DNA of 25,744 nucleotides from Verrucomicrobiales bacterium. Lineage in GTDB: Bacteria > Verrucomicrobiota > Verrucomicrobiia > Verrucomicrobiales > V1-33. Below are positions 1 through 8,359 of this stretch, piece after piece. Below the pieces are notes generated by a model that searched no databases, was not told where the DNA came from, and worked only from the letters and a program-made list of their open reading frames with translations. The DNA is taken from contig DATAIE010000690.1 in assembly GCA_036262875.1 (NCBI GenBank), positions 1 to 25,744 of the forward strand, given 5' to 3'. Within the stretch, counting starts at the first letter, position 1; each line of letters begins with the position of its first letter. The translations under genes and the position numbers were made by a program.

Positions 1-1491
1 CTGAAAGATCCGCGGCTGGTGGACCTGGCGCTGGAAGCGGTGATGGCCGAATGGGGCCTGCGCGATATGCTGACGGCCTCGCAGAATTTTTCGATGATCT
101 TCGGGGCGGAAAGCCGCAGGCGGGCGATGACGGTGCTGGTGCGAGCCGGGGTGGAGCGCAGCCCGGCACAGGGATGGGCGATCGCGAGCCGGATGGATCA
201 GGGTGGACCGCTGCTCCTGCGCAGAACGGCGGGAGCGGAATGGATGCGGCACGATGCCTCGCATGCGCTGCGGTTTTTGACCACCGATACAGGCTTGGAG
301 GGGACGCTGACGGCTGGCTGGGCACTGGGACAATGGCTGCTGGAGGATGCCGCCGGGTTCATGGCGTGGCGCAAAAAAGATGCGGCGACGGCGAACGCGG
401 TCCCGCTGCTGCGGTTTCCGGCGGATGTGTATTCGGCGGCACGGCTGACGCAGTTGCAGGCAGTGCTGCAGAGGGAATTCGGGTCGCCGGAGGCGGGAGT
501 GGACTGGCTGGCGAAAACCGGGGATGCGGCGGCAAGGGAGCTGATCATGATGCTGAGGCCGCCCCTCGCGGCTGCAGAGGCGGAGATGAAAGCGTGGGAG
601 AGCGGCGCGGCATCGCGGAAAGACGCGAAAACCGGAGCCGGCTGGCTGGCGAGGACCGCGCACGCAAGGAACGTGGGGCGCATGGCACTGCGGCTCGCGG
701 ATTCCGATCCTGCGGCGGCGCTCAAATGGCTGGCGGAACTGCCGCCGGAGGAGGAGGCCGCGCTTTCCGCGCCGTCCGTCGCCATGAAATGGATGGAGCA
801 ATCTCCCGCCGGTGCACCGCGCCTGATCTTTGCCGGGAACCTGTCGAATCCGGTCATGAAAGCCGCCGCAACCGTCGCTGCGCACGGGATGGCAGTGATC
901 GACCCCATCAAATCACTGGAGGGCACAGCGGATTTGCCGCTGGATGCGGCAGCTTCGCAGGCGCTGAAGGACTCCGCGTTCAACCAACTGGCCACACGCG
1001 ATCCGGCCGCGCTGCTGGGATGGATCAAGAGTCACCCGGGAGCCACGGTGCCCGCCGGGGCCACGCAGGCAGCCGTAAAATCTCTGGCCGCCACGGACCT
1101 GCCGCGGGCGCTGCAGTGGGTGCGTGAAGATGCACCAGCGGCGGAAAAGGCCCGGCTGTCCGCGGGGATTTTTGGGACGTGGATCCGGAGCGACCGGGAC
1201 GCTGCGCTGGCGTTTCTCCGTGCGCTGCCGGCGGGTCCGGAACAGGATGCGGTGATCGCCGTGCAGTTGGAGGCGGATCTGGAGATTTCGCGGAATGATG
1301 AACTGTTCGCGGCCAATTTGCTGCCGGATTGTTTCGAGCAGGCACTGCGGATTTCCACGGATGAAGAGCGGCTCGGCGCACTGCGAAAAGTGCTTCAGTG
1401 TATGAAGGATAAGAAAGTGCCGGCGGACCGCCTGCTGAGTCACCGCAATCTCCGCCCCGGGGACCGCGCGGCGCTGCTGAAACAACCCTGA
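1..1491 (+). CDS. Helical-repeat hypothetical protein with W-x3-D-x2-A-A-x2-W repeats; 5'-truncated by the window
   Basis: Frame is open from position 1 (LKDPRLVDL...) to TGA 1489-1491. Repeated units include LADSDPAAALKW, LATRDPAALLGW, LAATDLPRALQW, WIRSDRDAALAF and WLLEDAAGFMAW. Confidence 0.85.
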   Translation: MKDPRLVDLALEAVMAEWGLRDMLTASQNFSMIFGAESRRRAMTVLVRAGVERSPAQGWAIASRMDQGGPLLLRRTAGAEWMRHDASHALRFLTTDTGLEGTLTAGWALGQWLLEDAAGFMAWRKKDAATANAVPLLRFPADVYSAARLTQLQAVLQREFGSPEAGVDWLAKTGDAAARELIMMLRPPLAAAEAEMKAWESGAASRKDAKTGAGWLARTAHARNVGRMALRLADSDPAAALKWLAELPPEEEAALSAPSVAMKWMEQSPAGAPRLIFAGNLSNPVMKAAATVAAHGMAVIDPIKSLEGTADLPLDAAASQALKDSAFNQLATRDPAALLGWIKSHPGATVPAGATQAAVKSLAATDLPRALQWVREDAPAAEKARLSAGIFGTWIRSDRDAALAFLRALPAGPEQDAVIAVQLEADLEISRNDELFAANLLPDCFEQALRISTDEERLGALRKVLQCMKDKKVPADRLLSHRNLRPGDRAALLKQP

Positions 1492-1504
1492 CCTCCCGCC
1501 TGCC

Positions 1505-2947
1505 ATGCCCATTGCCCAGCCCGGTGCCGTCCTCAATCTCATGCTGCTGTTTCTCTTTGGGGGCGGTGGATGGTTTCTTGCCGCTTATCTGAAAACGTCG
1601 CCGGCGCGGAAGACGGAGAATGTTAGTCTTACCACTGGCGCGCCAGGCAATGAGCCGGGGACCTTTGCGGCGGATGCGCTGCATGTGCTGACGGCGGCGA
1701 AGACGGGAGCCGGCGAGTTCGATGAATATGTGGCCCGCTACGGCAGCGGGACCTCCAGTCTGCAACTGCTCGCGGCCGCCGTGATGGAAAAATGGGCGGC
1801 GAGCGATGCCGCAGGGGCTCTGTCCGCGGGCATTCCGCGCTGCGCGGAACACGCCGCCGGGACTCTCCCGGCTGCGATGACATTTTTGGCCGCGCACGCA
1901 GAAGTCCAGGTGACGGCACTCCTTGCAGCGCTGCCCGCGGGACCGCTGCGCGAGAACTGCCTCTCCGCGCTGGCGGGTGGCTGGGGCCGGGCCAAACGGG
2001 AAGAGGCGCTGACGCAAGCCTCCACGCTCAGCCGCGGCGAACGCACCCTGTTTCTCCGCGAATGGCATCGCGCCCGGGGAGGGGCGGACCTCTCTGCGGC
2101 CCAGGCATCGGCAGCGGCGCAGAAGGATCCGGATGATCGCGAAGCCGCCCTTCAGGGCTGCCTCCTCGCCCGCGCCCTGACGGAACCGCAGGCCGTGCTG
2201 CAGGAAACGTTGAGCCGGGAGGACATCCCGCAGGTTACCCTGGCAGCCTTCCGGAGCTGGTTGTCCCGCGATCCGGCGGCAGCCTGGAATTTTGCGGCCG
2301 CCTGCAAGGAACATCCTGCCCTGCCGGCTCTCGCAGTGGCCATTCTCAAAGCAGGGATCGGACAGCGGCAACTGAGTGACTCGCTCCCGGAACTCACCAC
2401 GCTTTTGAGCCGGCTGTTCCCAGTGAAAAATCCGCCGGAACTGTCAGCCGCCCTGGTGCCCGCGCTCGTGGCGGAGCGGCAGGAAAGCGCTCAGAAGTTC
2501 ATCGAACTGCAGCCCGGAAATCCGGATGTGCGCCGGCACGCAGGCGGTGTCGTTCTCTTCGACGCGCTCTGCCTTTCCGATCCTCCGGCGGCATGGCGTT
2601 TTGCGGAGTCGTGTGTGCAACTCGAAGGAGCCAAAGACCTCCGGACGGTGAATCACTGGACCTCTGCCGCGGCGCGGGAGCACGCCACGCCGCAGCAGCG
2701 CCTGGACGCGGGCTTTCCGGACTTTACCGATATGTCGCACCTGGCCCTCCACTGGCTGCAATCCGACCCCGCCGCCGCCATGACGACGTTCTGCGGTCAG
2801 GGCGTGGACCCGGCACTCAAGCGCCTTGCCGTCGAGGCGGCAGTCAGTCCCGACGGCGCGGCAATTCCAGCGGATGATTTGCTGGAATGGGCCAAACACC
2901 AGCCCGGCCATGTGCTGGAGGCGGTGAAAGCGGGTGCCGGGAAATAG
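1505..2947 (+). CDS. Membrane-anchored helical-repeat protein, likely paralogous to the upstream gene
   Basis: N-terminal hydrophobic segment LNLMLLFLFGGGGWFLAAYL; repeats WAASDAAGAL, WLSRDPAAAW, LCLSDPPAAW, WLQSDPAAAM; starts 13 nt after the upstream stop. Confidence 0.85.
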   Translation: MPIAQPGAVLNLMLLFLFGGGGWFLAAYLKTSPARKTENVSLTTGAPGNEPGTFAADALHVLTAAKTGAGEFDEYVARYGSGTSSLQLLAAAVMEKWAASDAAGALSAGIPRCAEHAAGTLPAAMTFLAAHAEVQVTALLAALPAGPLRENCLSALAGGWGRAKREEALTQASTLSRGERTLFLREWHRARGGADLSAAQASAAAQKDPDDREAALQGCLLARALTEPQAVLQETLSREDIPQVTLAAFRSWLSRDPAAAWNFAAACKEHPALPALAVAILKAGIGQRQLSDSLPELTTLLSRLFPVKNPPELSAALVPALVAERQESAQKFIELQPGNPDVRRHAGGVVLFDALCLSDPPAAWRFAESCVQLEGAKDLRTVNHWTSAAAREHATPQQRLDAGFPDFTDMSHLALHWLQSDPAAAMTTFCGQGVDPALKRLAVEAAVSPDGAAIPADDLLEWAKHQPGHVLEAVKAGAGK

Positions 2948-2962
2948 CGAATCCGCAGCGGA

Positions 2963-3466
2963 TCAGGCGCCGATTTGCAGCTTCGGATCGGCAGCGATGA
3001 CGGCATCGATCTCCGGCCAGCCGTTCGCCTGCTGGAGCTGGAACAGGTTAAGATAGACGGCTACTTCGTTGGCGGGGAATTTCTCAAGCAGAGAGGCGGC
3101 ACCGGCTTTCACTTTGCCTGCATCGAGAGTGGCAGGGAGATCGCCATCCACGCCGCCTTTGCCGTCGTGAGGAATGCCCACGGCATCGAGGAAGGTGACG
3201 AGCATTTCGCTGCGGCCCTTCATGAGCCAGATCTGGAGCAGGTTTTCCGCGACGGCTTCGTTGCCGCGCATTTTGAGCTGCTCGATCAGCCATGCGGCCT
3301 GCTCCGGCTTCGTTTTGCGCGTCACGAAGACAGGGCGCAGTTTGCGCAGACCGGCCAGAGAGGTGATGGCGGTGCGAAAGACATCACGCTCGGCGTCCCG
3401 GAGCCATCCGGCAATGCTTTGGCCGAGGTCCGGGGACATCTTCTGGAACATTTGATAAGCGGTCAT
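2963..3466 (-). CDS. Conserved hypothetical cytoplasmic protein (167 aa)
   Basis: Start revised to ATG 3466 (MTAYQMFQKMSPDL...), which follows a pyrimidine-rich leader. Globular, protein-like composition (LLQIWLMKGRSEMLVTFLDAVGIPHDGKG). The longer track ORF adds a non-protein-like N-terminus. Confidence 0.8.
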   Translation of the reverse strand: MTAYQMFQKMSPDLGQSIAGWLRDAERDVFRTAITSLAGLRKLRPVFVTRKTKPEQAAWLIEQLKMRGNEAVAENLLQIWLMKGRSEMLVTFLDAVGIPHDGKGGVDGDLPATLDAGKVKAGAASLLEKFPANEVAVYLNLFQLQQANGWPEIDAVIAADPKLQIGA

Positions 3467-3489
3467 ACTGTATGGGAAGGGGTAAAGAA

Positions 3490-3513
3490 AAGGAGGGGCG
3501 TTTTCCCCTCCTT
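3490..3513. other. Perfect 9-bp inverted repeat upstream of the 2963-3466 gene
   Basis: AAGGAGGGG-CGTTTT-CCCCTCCTT; on the minus strand it is followed by TTCTTT and lies 23 nt before the start codon. Confidence 0.6.
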
Positions 3514-3653
3514 GCATGACGGCCCAGGGTTGTCGAGCGCATTTGACCACGGACAAACTGGCACTACGCCCCGCGCCTCGAGCCGGAGGACAAAAGATGC
3601 GGGGAAAAATCCGGATGGACAGGGAAGCGCGGGAAGATTAAATCGCAGGTGTT

Positions 3654-4982
3654 ATGAAAAAACACTCCTCCCGCTTCTCAGCGCTGCTGGCCGTCAGCAC
3701 GGCGCTGTTCTGTCTGCCCGTCCACAAGAGTTCCGCGCTCGAATTCCGCTCATGGCTCACGATCGACGGCAAAATCATCGAAGCCGAGCTGATTCGCCCC
3801 CTGGGTGACAGTGTGGAACTGCGCGACAAGGACGGTCGCGTGCTGAAGTATTCCAAGGCGCAACTGAGCTTCGGCGACCTCGACTACATCAATGAAAACG
3901 CCCCGGAGGAGAAAGGCCCGAAGGCGCTTGGCTCGTCGAGCGCGGTGAAGCCCAAAACGCCAAATCCGGCCAAAGAGGTCAAGATCGACACGAAGGAATT
4001 CAAGAAGGAGGCGGGCGATTTCAAGATCAACTCACGCACTTACCGGATTTGCGAAACGCCGCATTTCAAGGTTATGTATCTGAAGCCCACCGACCCCATG
4101 GGCATCGCAGAACTCGCGGAACGGCTGTGGATCGACACCGCCTTTTTCCACAGCACCTTCATCCCCAAATGGCACGACCGGAAAATGGCGATCGTGCTGG
4201 TGAACGATCAGGAAGGCTATGAGGATGTGGGAGACTGGTACGCCGACATGCTGGTGGCCGCCGGCAACAAGGACGGCGCGGAGCGCACGCGGAAAACCTG
4301 GCCGCAAAGCGCAGCGGGGGGAGTGCGGATGCCGCAGGCGCAGGCGGACGAGCATAAGATTTTCGGCGGCATTCAGGTTTTCCGGGCCAACCGGATTCCG
4401 GTGACGATAGACCAGAACGGCAAGAAGACAGAAGGCAAACCTGTGCCGATCAAGGGAGTCTGGGTTCCCTTCAACACGAACGTTCTCGCGGCGGACATCC
4501 TCGAAGTGCAGACCGGCTCCGGCGGGGCAGCATCCACGGACGGCGTCTTCGCCATCATCAAAGGACACGCCTATTACAAGGAAATCCTCCTCACTGGAAA
4601 ATCGGAAACGAGCATGCTCCGGACGGAAGGCTCAGGAAAAGACGTGGCCTCCAGCGGCGGATTCCAATCCGACAAGAGCTGGGCTCCGGAACTCAAGAAG
4701 ATGATGAAGAAGGGCGGTGAATGGACGCCCCGGCTGCGCGAATTGATGGTCACCAAGCCGAACGATGCCAAGACGAAGGAGATTGTCTTCGCATGGTCTT
4801 TCGCGCGGTTTCTCCAGAAGTCGACGGAGTACCTCACCTGCTTCAACAAACTCTGCCAGAAGATGGACGTCGCCAGCCAGGTGCCGGACCTCGAAGAAAT
4901 CGCCAAAATCTATGGCTTCGCGGATGCCGCCGCCCTCGAAAAGGCGTGGATCGACTGGATGAACAGCGGCGAATTCCATTGA
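3654..4982 (+). CDS. Exported SHD1-domain protein with a C-terminal DUF1570/peptidase-MA-like region lacking HExxH
   Basis: Signal peptide MKKHSSRFSALLAVSTALFCL; SHD1-like FRSWLTIDGKIIEAEL...VELRDKDGRVLKYSKAQLSFGDLDYI; downstream ETPHFKV, KGHAYYKE and FAWSFARFL resemble the DUF1570/MA-clan layout. Confidence 0.75.
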   Translation: MKKHSSRFSALLAVSTALFCLPVHKSSALEFRSWLTIDGKIIEAELIRPLGDSVELRDKDGRVLKYSKAQLSFGDLDYINENAPEEKGPKALGSSSAVKPKTPNPAKEVKIDTKEFKKEAGDFKINSRTYRICETPHFKVMYLKPTDPMGIAELAERLWIDTAFFHSTFIPKWHDRKMAIVLVNDQEGYEDVGDWYADMLVAAGNKDGAERTRKTWPQSAAGGVRMPQAQADEHKIFGGIQVFRANRIPVTIDQNGKKTEGKPVPIKGVWVPFNTNVLAADILEVQTGSGGAASTDGVFAIIKGHAYYKEILLTGKSETSMLRTEGSGKDVASSGGFQSDKSWAPELKKMMKKGGEWTPRLRELMVTKPNDAKTKEIVFAWSFARFLQKSTEYLTCFNKLCQKMDVASQVPDLEEIAKIYGFADAAALEKAWIDWMNSGEFH

Positions 4983-5009
4983 CCGCTCCCGGGCCATCCC
5001 GGACTTTCG

Positions 5010-5046
5010 AACCCGCCCCGGACGATTTTGTCCGCGGCGGGTTTTT
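5010..5046 (+). terminator. Intrinsic terminator between convergent genes
   Basis: AACCCGCC-C-CGGAC-GATTTT-GTCCG-C-GGCGGGTT followed by TTT, 27 nt after the 4982 stop. Confidence 0.75.
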
Positions 5047-5095
5047 CGTGACAGGCCAATGCTCCGCCGCCGGCGCCTGGCTTATCCGGTGAAGG

Positions 5096-5590
5096 TCACT
5101 TCTGCCGTTTGAAAACGACCTCACGCACCGGGTCTCCCTCCGGCTTTCCGGCGGAATCGACGCGGTAGAGCTTCACCGTCATGGTATCGTCGTCGGTCTT
5201 GATGTGCTCCGCAGCCATCTTGACCTCCTTGCCCTCTGTATCGGTATGCGTGGAGACGAGCGTGGGATGATCGTTATGGGAGATCCATTCCCCGGTGGTC
5301 ATGCCGCCTTTGTTATCGGCGGCGGTATAGATGACGGTATCCGTTCCCGGCTTTTGGAGAATCATGCCCTCCGTTTCGCGGTCACCCAGCTTGAAGGCTA
5401 CGGCGGCCACATTGTCTCCAAGTTTCCATGTGTAGGAGATGGAGGCTTTGCCGTCTTCGGTAGCCCACTTGCCGATCATCCAGTCCGTGCCCCCCTTTTT
5501 CGCTTTTTCCGCGAGGGTGTCCGCACGCAGGACCGGGGCGGTGAGAGGAGAGAGCGTCAGAAGGCCGGCGAGAAGAAGTATTGTTTTCAT
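5096..5590 (-). CDS. Exported hypothetical protein, possibly lipocalin-like beta-barrel (164 aa)
   Basis: Start revised to ATG 5590: signal peptide MKTILLLAGLLTLSPLTAPVLRA, then DWMIGKW (lipocalin-like GxW) and alternating beta-strand patterns. Confidence 0.8.
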   Translation of the reverse strand: MKTILLLAGLLTLSPLTAPVLRADTLAEKAKKGGTDWMIGKWATEDGKASISYTWKLGDNVAAVAFKLGDRETEGMILQKPGTDTVIYTAADNKGGMTTGEWISHNDHPTLVSTHTDTEGKEVKMAAEHIKTDDDTMTVKLYRVDSAGKPEGDPVREVVFKRQK

Positions 5591-5601
5591 AACACCGAAG
5601 G

Positions 5602-5630
5602 ATGATAGCGGTTTCTCCCGGCACGGGCAA
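5602..5630 (-). promoter_or_regulatory. Putative sigma70 promoter for the 5096-5590 gene
   Basis: Minus strand TTGCCC-N17-TATCAT, with only 11 nt between the -10 box and the ATG. Confidence 0.55.
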
Positions 5631-5696
5631 TGTTTCTCCGACAATTTCCGGTGGCCCGCCGCCGGTCCCTCGTTTCCTCTCCTTTTTCATCTTTCC

Positions 5697-6968
5697 ATGA
5701 AGTTGTCTCCCTCTCCTGTGCGTGTCGCCGTTCTCGGCGGCGGCTTCGGCGGTCTCTCATTCTGCAAAGAACTGAGCGATCCCCGCTTCGCCATTACCCT
5801 CATCGACCGCCAGAACCATCACCTTTTCCAGCCCCTTCTCTACCAGGTGGCCACCGGCGGCCTTTCTGCGCCGGAGATTGCGCAGCCCATCCGGTCGATT
5901 TTGCGAAAGCAGCAGAATGTCACCGTCCTGATGGAGGAAGTGAAAAACATCGACCTCGCGCAGCGCAGCGTGCAACTGGAGACCCGCACGCTCGAATACG
6001 ACTATCTGATCATCGCGCTCGGAGCACGGACGGGTTACTTCGGTCATCCGGAATGGGAGCCGTTTGCACCCGGTCTCAAGACCCTGGAAGACGCCCGCCG
6101 CATCCGCACCGATGCCCTCGGCTGCTACGAGGCGGCGGAAGCCTCCAGCGATCCCGCAGAACGCACGCGCCTGCTGACCAGCGTGGTCGTCGGCGGTGGG
6201 CCGACCGGCGTGGAGATGGCCGGCGCGCTGGCGGAGCTCTCGCACAAGGTGCTGGCCCGCGACTTTCGCTGCATTCGCCCGGAGGAAGCGAGGGTCTACC
6301 TCATCGAAGCGGGAGACCGCGTGCTCTCAACCTTCGATCCCGCCCTTTCAGAATACGGCCGTGAACGGCTGGAGAAGATGGGTGTGACGGTGAGACTCAA
6401 CACCCGCGTGCAGAACATCAGCCAGGGGGAAATCACGATCGCCGGCGAAGTGATCCGCGCTTCCACCATCGTTTGGGCCGCCGGGGTGGAGGCTGTGCCG
6501 CTGACGCGCACTCTCGGCGTGCCGGTAGACCGCGCAGGACGGATTCAAGTGCTGCCCGATCTTTCCGTTCCCGGGCATGAAAATGTGTTCGCCGTCGGTG
6601 ATATCGCCGTCCTTACGGACGCAAAAGGGAAGCGCGTGCCGGGTGTGTGTCCCGCGGCGATGCAGATGGGCCGGCATGTGGCCCGCGCGCTGCGCAATCA
6701 ATACCGTCACCGCGACCGGTACACTGTGCCGATCCCGCGACCGGCGTTCGCCTATTTCGACAAGGGGAACATGGCGACCATTGGCCGCAATGCCGCAGTC
6801 GCCGAGACCAGTTATATGAAAGCCCGCGGTCTGCTCGCGTGGCTGATGTGGCTCTTCATCCACCTTTTGTTTCTCGTTGGCCTGAGAAACCGGCTCTTCG
6901 TCTTTATGCAGTGGATCTATTCCTACTTTACCTGGCGGAGAGGGGCGAGGATCATCATGCGGAAGTAG
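5697..6968 (+). CDS. ndh: Type II NADH:quinone oxidoreductase (NDH-2)
   Basis: Start revised to ATG 5697. FAD-binding VAVLGGGFGGL, NHHLFQPLLYQVATG, NAD-binding VVVGGGPTGVEMAG, VFAVGD, YFDKGNMATIG and a C-terminal amphipathic region. Confidence 0.93.
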   Translation: MKLSPSPVRVAVLGGGFGGLSFCKELSDPRFAITLIDRQNHHLFQPLLYQVATGGLSAPEIAQPIRSILRKQQNVTVLMEEVKNIDLAQRSVQLETRTLEYDYLIIALGARTGYFGHPEWEPFAPGLKTLEDARRIRTDALGCYEAAEASSDPAERTRLLTSVVVGGGPTGVEMAGALAELSHKVLARDFRCIRPEEARVYLIEAGDRVLSTFDPALSEYGRERLEKMGVTVRLNTRVQNISQGEITIAGEVIRASTIVWAAGVEAVPLTRTLGVPVDRAGRIQVLPDLSVPGHENVFAVGDIAVLTDAKGKRVPGVCPAAMQMGRHVARALRNQYRHRDRYTVPIPRPAFAYFDKGNMATIGRNAAVAETSYMKARGLLAWLMWLFIHLLFLVGLRNRLFVFMQWIYSYFTWRRGARIIMRK

Positions 6969-7013
6969 CGGCCGTCGAAGGCTTCTCTTTGTGAGACTCG
7001 TTACGACGCCGGG

Positions 7014-7035
7014 GCGGACAGGATGTCCGCGGTCC
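7014..7035. repeat. REP-like palindrome with GGA loop
   Basis: GCGGACA-GGA-TGTCCGC followed by GGTCC, between the convergent ndh and Mrr-like genes. Confidence 0.55.
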
Positions 7036-7046
7036 GTTTGAAATAC

Positions 7047-8252
7047 TCATGCCGCCAACTGGCGGTCGGGACGGGAGATGGCGGAGGAGCGGATCACACC
7101 CGGGCAAACGGGCGTGCGTTCACAAACCCATGAGAGGGATCTGCGGCTCTTTTTCCTGGAGAGCTGCATGGGCCCGCGGCAGCACGGACAGGCGGGAGAG
7201 GCACCGGCGGCAGCGGCAGTGCGAAGCATGGATTCAAACTGGCGTCCGTTGATGAGTTGCACGCGTCCACCCGCCTTGCGGTGGGCGAATTTGAGGGCCC
7301 TGCGGCTGAAACTGCCGGAGGTGATTACAATGCCGCGGGTGGCGCCTTCACCCACCACGAGGGCGAGGAGTTCACGCACGTCCTCCATAGGAATGGAAGA
7401 CTGCGCGCCAGGCAGGCACTTTACCACGATCACCTCGTTTTTCCGGTGGAGGAGGAGGTCCGCACTGCCTGTTCCGGTACCATCCCCAAGAGCGGCCACA
7501 TCGTAGCCCTGCTTCCGGAAATACTCGCCGGTGAGGTGCTCGAACTCGTGCTGCGGCACCTGTTTCAAAGCGGCGAGCGGGAGGTGCTGCGGAAGGGCGA
7601 GCGGGGTGGCCCGGACGAGTTCCATCACGGGTGCGGCCAGGGGAACAGGACTGGTGCGGGTCGGCTCCGGCTTCGGCGCGGGAACACTGAGCGTGGAGAA
7701 TTGCCGCGCCATTTCACGTAATGGACGCAGGCGAATAACGGGCAGCGCTTCCGCAGCGGGCGCAGCCGCCACGACCGGCGAAGGAACAGGGGCCGGGTGC
7801 AGGCCCTTCGCCGGGCGACCGGCAGCAAACGCCGCGGAAGCAGGGGGTGATTGCTCCGCAGCAGTCGCGCGGGAAGCGGGAACGACAAATACAGAGGCCT
7901 CCCCCTGGACCTCCTGGGGCCGCCATTGCGGCAATTCGGCGGACCATTCCATAAACGCCTGCTCCCCGGCGCTTTGCGCTTCCTCCCGGCGGCGCTGCCA
8001 CGCCCATATGAAAACCAGCAGGCCCATTCCCATGGCTACCCATTCCCGTGCGCTTTTGAGGACCGCCAGGAGAGCCACCGAGGTGCGGCTGCTGATGTCC
8101 CGGTTGTTTCCTGTCAGATCTCCTCCCGCCATACTGAGGGCGAGCCAGGTCAGGGTTCCGACTGTTAGCGCGATCAGTGCCGGATGCTCTGTGCGGCCAT
8201 ACTTTCTGGTTTGGAAGGTAGCCATTTTGACGGCATTTTCCATAAATTCCAT
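7047..8252 (-). CDS. Membrane-anchored Mrr-family (type IV restriction-like) domain protein with a C-terminal topoisomerase-type Zn ribbon
   Basis: Two N-terminal hydrophobic segments, a Pro/Ala-rich linker, Mrr_cat-like EFEHLTGEYFRKQGY...ADL...VRELLAL...GIVITSGSFS..A..FA...VQLING, and CPCCRGPM...WVCERTPVC. Alternative ATGs at 8243 and 8225. Confidence 0.8.
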   Translation of the reverse strand: MEFMENAVKMATFQTRKYGRTEHPALIALTVGTLTWLALSMAGGDLTGNNRDISSRTSVALLAVLKSAREWVAMGMGLLVFIWAWQRRREEAQSAGEQAFMEWSAELPQWRPQEVQGEASVFVVPASRATAAEQSPPASAAFAAGRPAKGLHPAPVPSPVVAAAPAAEALPVIRLRPLREMARQFSTLSVPAPKPEPTRTSPVPLAAPVMELVRATPLALPQHLPLAALKQVPQHEFEHLTGEYFRKQGYDVAALGDGTGTGSADLLLHRKNEVIVVKCLPGAQSSIPMEDVRELLALVVGEGATRGIVITSGSFSRRALKFAHRKAGGRVQLINGRQFESMLRTAAAAGASPACPCCRGPMQLSRKKSRRSLSWVCERTPVCPGVIRSSAISRPDRQLAA

Positions 8253-8359
8253 AAGTTGTCACCCTAAAACTTTCTAAGGTGAACGCCGACCCGGAAAGGC
8301 CGCCGTGCACACCCTTGCTCCGGCACCGGCCGGGGGTATTGAAGGGGCTCACCGCTCCC

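Noticed and set aside
8253-8359. Possible molybdenum riboswitch or ModE box upstream of modB
   Set aside because: I could not identify the Moco-RNA structure or the ModE ATCG-N-TATATA-type palindrome.
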